Sequence record: NC_042013.1
DNA: 64,000 nucleotides
Reading direction: 5' to 3' (one strand)
The position numbers and the translations under genes were made by a program. The notes under the pieces were generated by a model. That model did not search any database, was not told the DNA's origin, and saw only the letters and a list, made by a program, of their open reading frames with translations. Of the stretch, positions 12,901 to 22,020 are shown piece after piece (position 1 is the stretch's first letter; every line of letters begins with the position of its first letter).

Positions 12901-15900
12901 ATTTCACTAACAGACAAACGAACCGAAAGTATTTCTTGATCTGTTCTTGACGTAACTGTTAGTTTGCCATCTTCACGAATGACGTTAGTATTATATGGCT
13001 GAATAGGGAAACCGTTTTGATCAAGAACACTATAAACACCATTAACAGTTTGTTCAATAGGTTCAATAGTACCGTGTTCAGTTTCGAACTTAACAAGGTC
13101 TTTTGAAGGGAACAAGATAATAGTATCAAATTCTTTAGTGTTCTTATTTGCAACCCAACTCATAAATTCGCGAAGGCAACTTCTCCAGTTATATACATCG
13201 CCTTCCTCGTTGGAAACCTTATCAAAAACCCAACCACGTGATTCAAGATATAGCTGATATCCACTCAACAAGACAGACATGTCCTGAACATTACGGATAG
13301 TTGAACCATATTCGAAACGTTCTACGGTCATAGCCTTGTTAGGGGTATGATAGAATGGCACAGTTGTATCATTAGCAAATGATGGGCGAGGGATAGCCTG
13401 CCAATATTGCGTATCGAAAAGACGTCCAGACGTATGAGTTCTTGTGCACGCATAGTATAGATCATTGTAACGAACTTGTGTCGATTTGCTATAATATACT
13501 GATGATTTCCATTCAAGAATGTTAGTTCTTCTTGTTGAATTAATAGAAACGTTAGTAGTTTTACCAGAAAAATCAGGTGGAATAGTTTTGAATACTGGAT
13601 CAAGCAAGTCGTATCCGTATACTTTCCAAGCATTTCCAACACTTTGAACAATAATACCACCAACAAATTCTTCACGAATACTTGGGCTTCTATAAAGTTC
13701 TACTTTGACATTTTCTGTTGGAAGACGGTCTAACGTATCACTGATAACAAACAAGCTGTTCTTATCAGTATAACCACCAATTTTGTATGATAATTTTACA
13801 TCAAGACCACGAACTTTTTTACCCAATACTTCGGTAATATTAATGTTCTTACTATGAATGAAGTCATATAACCATTGCTGTATACCATATGGATAAACGG
13901 TTACACCGAGATTATTTGTTTCACCGTAAACATATTGATCTTTATATGGATAACCGCGACCTGCTGTACCTTCAGTGATAGTAGCGCGTTCGGTATCCCA
14001 AAGCGTTTCTATTACTACAGGAGGCTTCATCAAATAACTTGCTTGAACTTTTGCAAATGGGAACCAATAGCTCTTTCTCCACGCAGCTTCTGCTGGTGCG
14101 CCGTCACCCCATTTCCAATCGTCTCCTGCTTTATCGAGATTCGGTGCAGTTCTGACAATACCGGATGCAACCGGATCAAGAAGTTTACCCTGATCATCGA
14201 CAGGAATCATATTCAACAAGTTAGGAATTGCATAGCGAGCATCTGTACCCTTACGGATACCGTCTGCAATAGTTCCATTCTGGATATCTCTCCAAAGAAT
14301 ATAATTATCTGCACCATAAGGCGCAACGCCATACTTATTCTCCCACCATTCAGGTTTTACTGAAAAACCAAGCATTTCCCAAGGATGGGTGTTAGGTCTA
14401 TCAGTTCCATAATAGAGACGGTAAATCCCTCTCCAATTACCGGGAACAGGGTTATTGTTGAAATCACGTGCTGTAGAATAATTCCACGTAAACGGATCAT
14501 TAGCGTTAAATGATTTATTCTTTTTATATTCAACAGAGAAATTAACACACCATTTTTCAAACATTGAACGGTAGATGTAATTTTCTTCGTTAACAGAATA
14601 AGAACCTGTATAGAATGCTGATGATGTAAAATCTTTATAATCCAAAAATCCGGTTTGTTTATCTTTTACAAACTGCGGCGCAGATTCATAAATTCTCTTT
14701 TCGAGTTCAAGGTTAGCCTGATCGCGAACATCATTGGACAATGGCATATAAGAGCCATCGTGACCTACAATAAAACTTTCGCCAGAAATGCTATCGGTGT
14801 AAACTGATGGTTCTTGGATTGGATATGCACCAATCCAGCTAGGTGTTACCGGGATAAAGTTACGTTCTGGACGTGATGATGTATTAGCCATACGGCTTGT
14901 AAAGAACGGAAATTCTTTAGTGAAACCGCGACTTAGGTCATCAAGAGCAGCGTCTACCCATTTTCCAATAGGATCATTAGAATTGAATTTCCCGTCTACA
15001 ATATATTCCTTGATTTTCTTTTCAAACTTTGAACGGAAACGTGCATATTCCATTTCGGAATAGCGAACAGCTTTAATGAAATCGGTTTCCTCATTAGATG
15101 CAAGAAGCATGGTCAATGGCAGAGGTGCTGTATTGCTAACAATACGTGTACCGATATTCAATGAATGCTTAATGTCTTTCCAGTTATTCGTTGAATATTC
15201 TGTTCCTTTGAAACCAACTTGACCAGCGATCACCTCGCTAATCTGACCAAACAAGTCACCTTTAGTTGCAGTCTCAATTGATTGCCACAATGGGTTTGCT
15301 TGTAGGTTAAGAGGGATTTGATAAAAACCGGGTGTGTCGTTTGCTTTTGACAATGGATTGAATGTATGAATTTCAATCTTGTCACCATCCTCGAGAGTAA
15401 CGAACAGGAATTGATTATATTGACGAATATAATCAGAACCCTCACGGAGTTTCATTCCATTTTTATAAACGAAATAAGGTGTTCCTGCTGCTGGTTCCTG
15501 ACTTGCAGTATAGAGACGTGAGCCATTTGCGGCGACAAAGCGGTCGATTACATACTGCTTTGATAAGCCGTCTGCCAAATACCAATCATTAGTGTAAGTA
15601 TTTTCACCATTTTTAATAATTTTATAGAAAATATTTGGCGTAATATCGTAAGTTGTTACACCAACTTTATACTGGTATGTTTCAGTTGAAAGGTAATTTC
15701 TGAAAATGAAATCACCATTTTCACCGTGTTTAACATAGATACCAAGAACGGTATCAAATGTTGCAGAACCAATGTCATATCCAAAAATTTTCGAACCAGC
15801 GAACGTGCTATTTGGGTAACGCGATTCATCATCGATTGCTACATTATCGTCATCAAATAAAGTAAACAAAGGTGCTTGATTATCTGCCGTCTTTTTCTGT

Positions 15901-17327
15901 GCAATTTTCCAAACAGTTCCGTTCCAGTATAGGTCTGTTCCACCATATGTCGCACCAAACTGAACTTCCATTGTGTCGCCAACAATAGGATATCCAGATG
16001 GGTCTTCGCCATCTGCGTACATGGTAACAACCATTAGGTTCGCACTGTTATAACGGATACGATATACGCGATTGTTAACTTCAGCACGGGAATCGTCTGT
16101 TACAAGAACGCGAATTTCACCATTATCATTATTTTCATCAAACCATTGCTTCGTGATAGTAACGCCATCAAACTTAACAGTTGATGAAGCCAAGCCAGAA
16201 ACGCTTTCAAAGAAATTTTTGTTATTGAAAGAAACTAGTTGTACTTTGTTACGGCGATAGGTGCCGTGATTATACAATTGTGTGTCACGGGCAAATTCAA
16301 TAATCGGACGCTTAGCTTTTGCCGCAGCGAGTGTTGCCTTATCCAGATTACCAACAACTGAGCGATGGAACCAACGGTTAGATGAAGACCAATCGTTTCC
16401 ATCAACTGAACCACGCGCAATAGTGAAATAATCAGGAACTAATGTAAGGTCAGGATTGCTGTCGTTGATAAGAATAATACCAGTTCCAACACCTTCAACG
16501 ATAAAGGTTTTACCAATATTTGCAGGATTCAAATCATTTTTAATGAAAATACGAAGGTTGCTCTGTAGAGTTGTACTTTCAGCAAAAGAAAATGTTTCAA
16601 GACCAACAACAGACATAATATCGATTGCGGTATAAACACGAACATCAGCAAGACGAACAGGTGCCGGATTAAGGGTAATATTACCATTATCATAAGAGAA
16701 CGGGACAGGAATACTATCAACCGTTACAGTAACGTGTTCTTTATCTACCGGGAAAGGTACAACGTCAGTCAACGAATACATTTGTGTTACGCCGTCACCG
16801 ACATACTTCTTGCAATGACCATAGACGTCGACTGCTGGAGCGCCTTCGTTCAACCAGAAATATTCACGGAAGTTAGTGAATTTATCAAGATCAATGCTCG
16901 GACACCAGCTATAATATTTCTGTTCAAACATGCGATTATGGTTATTAACAATACCGCCTTGAAAGCGAACTTTGTTAATGAAATCTGGATAGAACATAAC
17001 AGCCTCGGTGTTACCGGAAACATCGGTAGACACCATTGCTGGATCGAATTGATAAAATTCACGTGTTGGATTCTTATCGACAAGATAATAATCGTCGCTC
17101 TGTTCAGGATAGTCAATATTGCGGCCAATATAACCATTGATCGGCTGGCTTTTACCCGGCTGGAACAAATGGTCGGCAGATGCTGAGAAGAACTTAACCA
17201 ATGTTTCGGTTTGGTTCACTCCCGGTAGAAGCTTGATAACTCGTTTCTTTTCTGGATCAACCGTCAACTTGGTTGGTGAAAAACGAAACTGAGGGCTCAG
17301 TTGTTTGCCAGTAAGCTTATTAGCCAT
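3978..17327 (-). CDS. Giant (4449 aa) baseplate/virion structural protein
   Basis: Uninterrupted 13.35 kb ORF coupled to the gp6-like gene; internal V.V.NPG.GY..P.V.I.G.G.GA repeats typical of myovirus baseplate proteins. Confidence 0.75.
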   Translation of the reverse strand: MANKLTGKQLSPQFRFSPTKLTVDPEKKRVIKLLPGVNQTETLVKFFSASADHLFQPGKSQPINGYIGRNIDYPEQSDDYYLVDKNPTREFYQFDPAMVSTDVSGNTEAVMFYPDFINKVRFQGGIVNNHNRMFEQKYYSWCPSIDLDKFTNFREYFWLNEGAPAVDVYGHCKKYVGDGVTQMYSLTDVVPFPVDKEHVTVTVDSIPVPFSYDNGNITLNPAPVRLADVRVYTAIDIMSVVGLETFSFAESTTLQSNLRIFIKNDLNPANIGKTFIVEGVGTGIILINDSNPDLTLVPDYFTIARGSVDGNDWSSSNRWFHRSVVGNLDKATLAAAKAKRPIIEFARDTQLYNHGTYRRNKVQLVSFNNKNFFESVSGLASSTVKFDGVTITKQWFDENNDNGEIRVLVTDDSRAEVNNRVYRIRYNSANLMVVTMYADGEDPSGYPIVGDTMEVQFGATYGGTDLYWNGTVWKIAQKKTADNQAPLFTLFDDDNVAIDDESRYPNSTFAGSKIFGYDIGSATFDTVLGIYVKHGENGDFIFRNYLSTETYQYKVGVTTYDITPNIFYKIIKNGENTYTNDWYLADGLSKQYVIDRFVAANGSRLYTASQEPAAGTPYFVYKNGMKLREGSDYIRQYNQFLFVTLEDGDKIEIHTFNPLSKANDTPGFYQIPLNLQANPLWQSIETATKGDLFGQISEVIAGQVGFKGTEYSTNNWKDIKHSLNIGTRIVSNTAPLPLTMLLASNEETDFIKAVRYSEMEYARFRSKFEKKIKEYIVDGKFNSNDPIGKWVDAALDDLSRGFTKEFPFFTSRMANTSSRPERNFIPVTPSWIGAYPIQEPSVYTDSISGESFIVGHDGSYMPLSNDVRDQANLELEKRIYESAPQFVKDKQTGFLDYKDFTSSAFYTGSYSVNEENYIYRSMFEKWCVNFSVEYKKNKSFNANDPFTWNYSTARDFNNNPVPGNWRGIYRLYYGTDRPNTHPWEMLGFSVKPEWWENKYGVAPYGADNYILWRDIQNGTIADGIRKGTDARYAIPNLLNMIPVDDQGKLLDPVASGIVRTAPNLDKAGDDWKWGDGAPAEAAWRKSYWFPFAKVQASYLMKPPVVIETLWDTERATITEGTAGRGYPYKDQYVYGETNNLGVTVYPYGIQQWLYDFIHSKNINITEVLGKKVRGLDVKLSYKIGGYTDKNSLFVISDTLDRLPTENVKVELYRSPSIREEFVGGIIVQSVGNAWKVYGYDLLDPVFKTIPPDFSGKTTNVSINSTRRTNILEWKSSVYYSKSTQVRYNDLYYACTRTHTSGRLFDTQYWQAIPRPSFANDTTVPFYHTPNKAMTVERFEYGSTIRNVQDMSVLLSGYQLYLESRGWVFDKVSNEEGDVYNWRSCLREFMSWVANKNTKEFDTIILFPSKDLVKFETEHGTIEPIEQTVNGVYSVLDQNGFPIQPYNTNVIREDGKLTVTSRTDQEILSVRLSVSEMEHIILIDNTTIFGDKIYDPLFNSRQTRVRLQGFKTDDWKGRIDAPGFLITGNVIRPNFEKSADNIRRMFDIESVESSELMERARLNIGYYEKPYLDNLLITKTNQFEFYQGLIQQKGTVSALHKIFRSNFIRHNESTKFLEEWAFRIGDYGYSSTNKSMDFVLKQEDFTNNPQLIDFVGAGQGGWDLRLGWDDEHWDYINPKEKQTVRYTIGGISNVKVTNPGRGYRTAPSVEVVGGANNATFNVSLDWSVTGIESIQVVRGGTGFFEGDLLNINGNGYGATAKVSSVNYQSSKIIDIYVDVPAGQVGAGSGYKVGDSIRVYGGNNQARGKVTEVSPTGAILKVSVTQPGGGYTKTNPVVSFVGTNWSAQDGLKFRVSGGAISGVEVTSSGQGYDDSTFITFNGTGTGAILDVATTGAKVNFVEVVNPGTGFETTPVLKLIGDSTEEATIEAEIQTESTSGVINLASFKRTNGINIEKITVSVFEEFNGIQPILSVGDESDNERYVSNISISEKGIHIYELDAEGITTNFDLDINVYVKNASISGNVQIDIEYKFTPDYYNEIFATDDRDTNVLNIVDLFDNTTGQFVYRDPRWIWRHDTHNPDWALKNVSAYDKGNLPSAGYVHLGDVQWTATDYNNFLAIYSDAKTANPPVDITNDLTVTYKGGVTGTSKTVIIKKLSKGTYRVKNFVIDVENAFNVDADDIREFEISIGTLSNPELYMSRDTVKTDRIYTHTQQVFNYLFVNDDSGNEIFVYTYQRSGLAAAPGKLTVTANLEVIKKNVLPGDNAWCYDVANGDWSVFRLGDTSANVVEARPASFEGQGSVVATDRNMFTVLGIEHNWFEPIATADAAIVNPNFFSDFTQFEDRMSRVVLDGVETSSGDAILGGTYKTKVNNTANIYVDAAEQLISGTATSNQIDIMDLIGASEIVINKITASVVRPFNNPAGVNPTVKIGTRANPSRFIGSVSNDEAIRSVRTAPTRPTFLYSKPISVDIWDNTMTVFESEENAIIRLIRTGNIFVTPSSIVVKNSGWGYSYDSMPKVTVLGPTGVKATAHIEGTIVGYTVVDGGNGYTSTPSVSVIGGQGQGAKAVANISNGKIVSVTIPGAGTGSSATATIAGGSLTGVTAVAGSGWEMVPIITFEGGAPQSHGVVTASLDTNGGISSITIDGAGSGYLTAPNVKINPWTGIGYKSKPTIIVGGGNGAGAIIEPVMMWRVTSITIDDWGKCSWTGENGQVLIEPPLNGGAPIAEIIAVPEVLEPTTIAQWRKRVISPPSHPNYGVWDYVDETITFNPPTNASTNEYWLQSFELPLGDIEENVTYEVNIPDFVSLVTETDDGIVIELTDTPNVTNGTMGDTVTAYINVVNNVAGSRDIDLKVAGTLPSFILNDRILEDDKMIIYYDGDGATNGLLTISVDYHYLNGFELFEQDGTPQISASTGTGGDVFAWNTVRFADMSVMNEIGNLPVDGWTYGTKVWLDDGRNARESAVEWKPNVPYAYHDLVKVNGFVYRSIEGGYGLEATIEPKSGQTSLAYPVITNKGTKYTADPKVTISGDGNGAEASVRLAPTSLYKIIVKNPDTNSGYVGTETIIITPKHSAGRNAQAVISSVVDGSIKEVSIINSGWGYDSTPIVEIENDQSTNKVEFDVILNPAVVKDILMENRGENYTTATMSFTDERNSMSTFDERYWESTTESEAKWKVKEFTKVINGDDWNTIREETPMVDSSLIKSAYIYDVDTQETLQTLQLFDPYKGIIPGSVEKELTYIIEYDPAIYNRGPLLNENSQENSWNNIEEGSLWWDISTTRYLDYEIDSDDYKWRNWGHLAPGITIDIYEWTRSTVSPDNWADTVLLNRNVIFDRTQQKPTGEVKDIENPSYVVRSEYNKENNRMETVYYFWVKNATSLPVRTDRTLTATQVASILQNPFESDIPWFAVISANKIIVGGSKVYVNNTSTALHLEWKTVDNDGLFHKQWQLVRDEDDRKVVDVTLWDKMRDSLVGWNTNVDNRVVKTTTKNRIDAETTEILVEDASEFSNSGEFKLTDYWITYNYKVGNVLKEVSGLGNLSFPSGMTIEQTQSISNPNKVPDQWLGEKERYGNLNIPLQTWFKVDIDEYGYFHPSKVARKAFVETLNDIFSRDAILNTRFEWVDIFRTEDAKPKSTEFNFEVDSEDERDDLVAFGEIKEGQVVLMNGVENTYGFWTLWKYQPSQTASTNGFVMIDAQNWRLQEGELWEAVDWYAEGWSSNDFPIRRFETIKDRDAAGNIDIGLLKGTLVKVDRRSETDPRWVWNLYTNDGWIEVACEKATIKLKDDFYKPGTFVYGFGNHIINNIGRRDGSWELQKIIDGLWTKVLTDRERNELFFSMVQTAVSQHQYTDWAFKTSFLYMAGYNEELLQTPFNMRNQTENVLEFVEDAKPYHVKIRDYVRRLSVPMDTVNVTVTDFDKPLYFDQTINNGAGGWRKLDPSDPFDVNILKNDSRFKWWYNNYQKTNYNLNEWDENWNPVRRYETTILFDRVSCKAIVGWDQLELPWDGTETRWKKDQYFEGIDELIAKYQTDNTRTYEYFIVKNSIERDDMIRTDQNLINAGEPPKVNMGDIITQTDDSRFFMWSGTEWVEFWSVQWDKNHGGGAADRIYEYYEPTFDMKKKDMDILIKGCSYRGTIIDGGNLSTGLWDMFEWDHNSGWDNEYAFYIGDDLDINPNRVSFNEDLDGPADIQINGGELAQPWFEANHPDEQVKAYIRSPIIMNVYRQATVTGSMQSPIPLSFRFFKDSFGGWTGTYTQDNVITLAEDLTSTANEIVIMQSGGLTLHDPNNTDPAYIEYVRSKVKLSYSIDTSSPITVKQFKAISMAFVFGLDAEIEGKPDNEDITSLVEAAIDRFIINNVEGVVWIGTERIVYTGVDYSQSANDIYTLTGVTRGTKGTSRPLLSFVGEEVIDGSSLHNLKSFNVYDMRVSSVQEYTANWTSWIEDAQEDGIPGITP

Positions 17328-20300
17328 TATTTAATCCTTAAACTCAAATGCGTATTGCTTGGAATAATTTCTATATCATCAACTGTAGCGGTTGGAAAGA
17401 ACAATTCGTCTGGATTGCATCGAACTTCGAACAATTCTCCAAAGCTTTGTGTTTCCTTCAACGGAACGATCACGATACTCGCTATTGCGTTAACAAGTTG
17501 TCTATGAACGTATGCGCTCAATTCGGTGTAATAAAAAGTTTCTCCAAAATCCCAATTATTTACATCAAAGAAATCTTGAATAGCGTCAAGTATTCTTGAT
17601 TTTATTTCCCCGTCAGAAACGGTTGTATTTGCTAATTTTACTATTTTAAACTTTGCTCTTAGTTCAAGATCAGCAGAATTACCGAATATCAACTTATATT
17701 TAACAGGACGCCAAGCTATCTGGTCCGTAAACATCTTATATTCTTCTAGACCAGAAAACGTTGTTCTAAGCTGTAATTCGGATGTAGGTGATGGCTTTGT
17801 TAAAATATTTGCGCCAGCATCATACCACTGTCTCATCAAATTATTGTACTCGCGAGTTAATACGAAAATATCAATAATGTTGTTAATTGCAGGATCGATT
17901 CTCTGGTCGAGCGGTGCATAATGCGTCCACTGGAATTTCAAATGATCTCTACCACGATCATACGTGTATTCGCTCTGATCGTTGATTGGTGCAAATTCGC
18001 TAACCTTACCAAGAGTCGGAACGCCTTCGGAATTGCGAAGATAACGATAGAATGTTCCAGTTGTCATTGCCTCGTTGTAAAGGAAAACAATCTGACCGGG
18101 TTTCATGACAGGTAATGCCGATCCTTGCTTTACCGCTAAAACGTCATCGGTAATGACATAAGATGAATAGCCGTAAATATCGAGAACACGTTTATGGAAT
18201 ACCCATTTTCCTTTGTTTACGATTTCATCAAAAGCCTCAGGATTATCTGGCTGACCATCCAAATCACTGTCATTAAAAGTAATTTTAACGCGACGTGGTT
18301 CTTGGAACCCATCGTTATATGTATAATTAGCATTAACTGTCCAATTTACGTCTTTACCCAACCCCGGTGCAACCGATCTCCACGTTTCAATCAACACTGC
18401 TGCTGGTGGTTCAACTTGCGTATTGATAGTAGCGCGATATGGCACAAACTCGGTTGTAGACGTATGATTTAGAACGCATTCCCAATAATTTACTTGCTTA
18501 ATGTTATTAACAACACTTTCAACAGATACGATGTCACCAACCTTATAAGCGGTATTTTTATTCCAGACAGATGCACTTGCAATTAATGGATTATAATTGC
18601 TATCAAGAACTGTAATAGAATCTGTTCCAACTTTACCAGTTTGCGGGTCAATCGCCTTGTATTCGTTTGTGAAGAAAAATTTAACGTCATTCATACTTTC
18701 GAATACATATTTTAGACCACGCGTTGTGAATCTCCAATTTAAGGTACTGTATTCACATTTGATTAACCAACTTGAATCAGCAGATGTATCTTTTGTAATA
18801 TAATCATAATCACCGCCAAGGTTGATATGCGATGAATCCATAAAGTACCATTCTTGCTTGTCAATATCCCAACCCATTCCAAATGTTCTTTTTGCTGCCA
18901 ATCTTGACAACAATTGATTACGTTCATCGACGTTTAGCTCGCGACGATATGATGGAATTAATTGAAGGGCAATGTCACCCGTATTAACGGATTCATTCAA
19001 TCTAACTGGTCCACGACCATTAGTTAAGAAAGAAATACCTGTACCATCTATACTATTAACGGTTGTCCATCCTGCATCGCGGAATTTTATCAATGACAAT
19101 GGTAAAATATGGCGTTCAACTGCATCATCTGGAGCATATCCACCGAGTTCAATTGCCGCGTCATTCCATTCTTGCTCGGTTGTTGGTATCACGTCAGTGC
19201 GTGCCAAACGTCCAGTAGATGAATAGATAGAGTTTGTTGAACGTTCCCAACGTACTGCCTCACCGGTAAATTCAAAATCGTAACCGGGATTGTTTACCTT
19301 TGTAAGCCATTCATTAAACAGAAAATCGCGCAATGAGGTGCCTGCAAGCGCAGGAACAATGTAATTAGAAACGATAAATTCATTTGAATAATTATTATTC
19401 ATCGCAACTTCACGATACGTATTTTCAAACTCGCGATAGATACAACCGTCATCAGAAAAAACGATTGTATTTTGATACGTACCCGTAGGATCATTCAAAT
19501 CAATATAACGCGAGTGACCGGAATATACACGATTAATTGCTTTTACTTTTAGAGCGATTTGATTAGATGCCGGGAATTGGTTATAGTCATCACCAGAAAC
19601 CATACGTCCTTGTGTAGCGTATACACCGGATGCACGGCGACGGATATCATCATTCGACTCGGTAACAACGCTGTTAGAAATAGTTTCCTGAAGAGAGAAA
19701 CTAATCCCTAAAGTATGACGGCGTCCGTTTGAACTCTGATAAGGTAGGGTAATACCAACATTACGCATGTCTTCAGGGCGAATTGTCATATTCACGCCTG
19801 CTGATTGACGATGCCATACACGGACAAGACCGGTTGGAATAGAGCCAAAGCGGCCATCACCAAATCTTACGGAAATACGATCTTGATCACGTGTTACTAC
19901 TTGGTAAATATCGCGAACATTGATAGGAACATCATTATATGAAACGTTTTCACCAGTAATAATAATTTTACGAATATCATCATCAGGTACATACCCAACA
20001 CGAGTCCAGTCTTTTTCAACTGCACCACTCTCAAGAATACTTTGAACCCAAATGTCCGATTCATTGAGGTTAATAACATCGATGTCAAGAACACGATTTT
20101 CAAGTGGTTCTGCGAAAACAACGTCAGTTCTAAGAAGTGCACCTTGCTTAAACATCAAGAAGAAACCGGTATTCGGTGACTGATTACCATTTCCGTCATT
20201 TCTATATAAAATATGAAACGCAGCATTAGGGTCTGGATTTCGTTCAAAGAAACCTTCTTGTGTAGAAAAGTCGATGTTAACAATGTCAAAAGCATACGTC

Positions 20301-20923
20301 GCATTGTTAATAGTCGCGGAAAATGGAACGTTACCAGTTGTAAATGGAATGTTTTCAAGACGGTAAAGTTGTGTTGAAACACCGCTAATGTTAGAGATTT
20401 TCAATGGCGTCCCGAACTGATTCGTAGAAATCAATGACGCATTCATTACCAGAATAAACTGTTCAAACCAGTTAGGGTTATTAGGGTCATCCCAACGAAT
20501 AGTTCTGCTGCTAAGATTGTTTCCAGCAGAATCGTAAATCTCCTGCGTTGTAGTTATTTCGGATAACTTCACAAGACCTTTGCTTGGCAAATTTCTCTTA
20601 GGAGAATATGACAAGAAACGTGCAAGACGAAGAATATTTTCACGCGATCTTGCAATTTCAAGAAAGTTTTCTCGAGCATCAATGTCCATACGAAATGCAA
20701 GAGACTGACCAAGATACGCTAGAAGATCAATCAACATAACAAATTCTGATGATTCAATCCAGTCATTGAAATCTTCAGGATAATTACGTTGAATATATTC
20801 TTTCATAGACTGGCGAATGGTATCGAAGTCATAAGCATTTAGATTTACCTCACTAAATGACTTATAGATAACGGTCCAATCTTGACCAGCAAATAGTTCA
20901 CTTTGACGAATATTACTTGACAT
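17327..20923 (-). CDS. gp6: Baseplate wedge subunit, T4 gp6-like
   Basis: 1198 aa; YDFDTIR..M..YI...YPEDFND.IESSEF.MLIDLLAYLGQSLAFR.D...RENF...A N-terminus and R.V..DDY motif. Confidence 0.8.
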   Translation of the reverse strand: MSSNIRQSELFAGQDWTVIYKSFSEVNLNAYDFDTIRQSMKEYIQRNYPEDFNDWIESSEFVMLIDLLAYLGQSLAFRMDIDARENFLEIARSRENILRLARFLSYSPKRNLPSKGLVKLSEITTTQEIYDSAGNNLSSRTIRWDDPNNPNWFEQFILVMNASLISTNQFGTPLKISNISGVSTQLYRLENIPFTTGNVPFSATINNATYAFDIVNIDFSTQEGFFERNPDPNAAFHILYRNDGNGNQSPNTGFFLMFKQGALLRTDVVFAEPLENRVLDIDVINLNESDIWVQSILESGAVEKDWTRVGYVPDDDIRKIIITGENVSYNDVPINVRDIYQVVTRDQDRISVRFGDGRFGSIPTGLVRVWHRQSAGVNMTIRPEDMRNVGITLPYQSSNGRRHTLGISFSLQETISNSVVTESNDDIRRRASGVYATQGRMVSGDDYNQFPASNQIALKVKAINRVYSGHSRYIDLNDPTGTYQNTIVFSDDGCIYREFENTYREVAMNNNYSNEFIVSNYIVPALAGTSLRDFLFNEWLTKVNNPGYDFEFTGEAVRWERSTNSIYSSTGRLARTDVIPTTEQEWNDAAIELGGYAPDDAVERHILPLSLIKFRDAGWTTVNSIDGTGISFLTNGRGPVRLNESVNTGDIALQLIPSYRRELNVDERNQLLSRLAAKRTFGMGWDIDKQEWYFMDSSHINLGGDYDYITKDTSADSSWLIKCEYSTLNWRFTTRGLKYVFESMNDVKFFFTNEYKAIDPQTGKVGTDSITVLDSNYNPLIASASVWNKNTAYKVGDIVSVESVVNNIKQVNYWECVLNHTSTTEFVPYRATINTQVEPPAAVLIETWRSVAPGLGKDVNWTVNANYTYNDGFQEPRRVKITFNDSDLDGQPDNPEAFDEIVNKGKWVFHKRVLDIYGYSSYVITDDVLAVKQGSALPVMKPGQIVFLYNEAMTTGTFYRYLRNSEGVPTLGKVSEFAPINDQSEYTYDRGRDHLKFQWTHYAPLDQRIDPAINNIIDIFVLTREYNNLMRQWYDAGANILTKPSPTSELQLRTTFSGLEEYKMFTDQIAWRPVKYKLIFGNSADLELRAKFKIVKLANTTVSDGEIKSRILDAIQDFFDVNNWDFGETFYYTELSAYVHRQLVNAIASIVIVPLKETQSFGELFEVRCNPDELFFPTATVDDIEIIPSNTHLSLRIK

Positions 20924-20932
20924 ATATTATCC

Positions 20933-21346
20933 TTAATCGGCTTCTTTAGCGCGGCGGTCAAATTCAATACTGAAGCTATCAACAACGTCTACTGGTTTAT
21001 ACAACAAACTAAATCCAACAATAATACCATGTTCGAATTCAGATACCGTAATGGATTTCATCTCAATTCGTGAATCCATAGCAATAATACGTTTAGAATC
21101 TTCGACAATTAAATCAATATTAGTTTCGGTCAATGGATCAAATAGCAAATCCCACGCAATCGAGCCATATGTAGGCATCATTGGACGTTCGCCCTTAACC
21201 GTGTAAAAAACGTTTAAAAGGTCACGTTTGACTAATTCAATATCAAACAATGTCCAGTCACGATTCTTCTGGTTTTGAGGAGTCGGAAAAGTCGAATATC
21301 CTTTAAAATAGCGTGTTACCACCGGTTTTTCCTTGACTTGTAGCAA
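20933..21346 (-). CDS. gp25: Baseplate wedge subunit, gp25-like
   Basis: 137 aa; LVKRDLLN.F.T.KGER.M.PTYG...WDLLF.P motif; TATAAATA upstream. Confidence 0.85.
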   Translation of the reverse strand: MLQVKEKPVVTRYFKGYSTFPTPQNQKNRDWTLFDIELVKRDLLNVFYTVKGERPMMPTYGSIAWDLLFDPLTETNIDLIVEDSKRIIAMDSRIEMKSITVSEFEHGIIVGFSLLYKPVDVVDSFSIEFDRRAKEAD

Positions 21347-21356
21347 TCTTTAAAGT

Positions 21357-21364
21357 ATTTATAG
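21357..21364 (-). promoter_or_regulatory. T4-type late promoter TATAAATA
   Basis: Exact TATAAATA on the minus strand upstream of the baseplate operon. Confidence 0.75.
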
Positions 21365-21399
21365 GAGCATTATATCTATAGTTTTGAAAGAAGAATTAC

Positions 21400-21972
21400 A
21401 TGAAAGATTTATATTTTAGTTGTGATGCGGAGTTAAACGGACCAGTTTATGGCGTTCATTCTATCTTAAGCTTCGGTTGTGCCGTATATGATATTGAAAA
21501 AAATCTCATTGGAACATTCGAACGTAATTTTGAAGAAATCGAAAATGGGCAACAAGACCCTGACACAATGGATTTTTGGAAACGGAATCAAGCAGCATAT
21601 GATGCAACCCGTATCGATATGGTTTCTCCCTTAGACGGAATGCAAGATTTTTTTGATTTCATCGAAAGTTTTGATAAAAAGAAAGTCTTTATGGGATATC
21701 CTGCCGCATACGATTTTGGATGGATTAATTACTACCTATTACGTTATGTTGGAAAATCACCGTTTGGTCATTCAAATTGCATTGACTTGAAATCAGTAGC
21801 GTATGCACTGTTGAAAAAGAAATCTTTTAGCCATACGACTAAGAGAAACTTTCCCAAGAGATGGTTTGACAATCTCCCACATACACACGTAGCTATCGAT
21901 GATGCCATTGAACAAGGGGCTATGGGAGTAAACATTTTACGTGAAATGTACGGCTTAGAAAAAATCTCTTGA
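21400..21972 (+). CDS. DEDDh 3'-5' exonuclease (Rv2179c/RNase AS-like)
   Basis: YFSCDAELNGP, AYDFGWI and HTHVAIDDAIEQG motifs. Confidence 0.8.
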   Translation: MKDLYFSCDAELNGPVYGVHSILSFGCAVYDIEKNLIGTFERNFEEIENGQQDPDTMDFWKRNQAAYDATRIDMVSPLDGMQDFFDFIESFDKKKVFMGYPAAYDFGWINYYLLRYVGKSPFGHSNCIDLKSVAYALLKKKSFSHTTKRNFPKRWFDNLPHTHVAIDDAIEQGAMGVNILREMYGLEKIS

Positions 21973-22020
21973 CATTTTTATTAATAGGAATAGTATGTAT
22001 CTCAACAAAAGGAGATTAAG

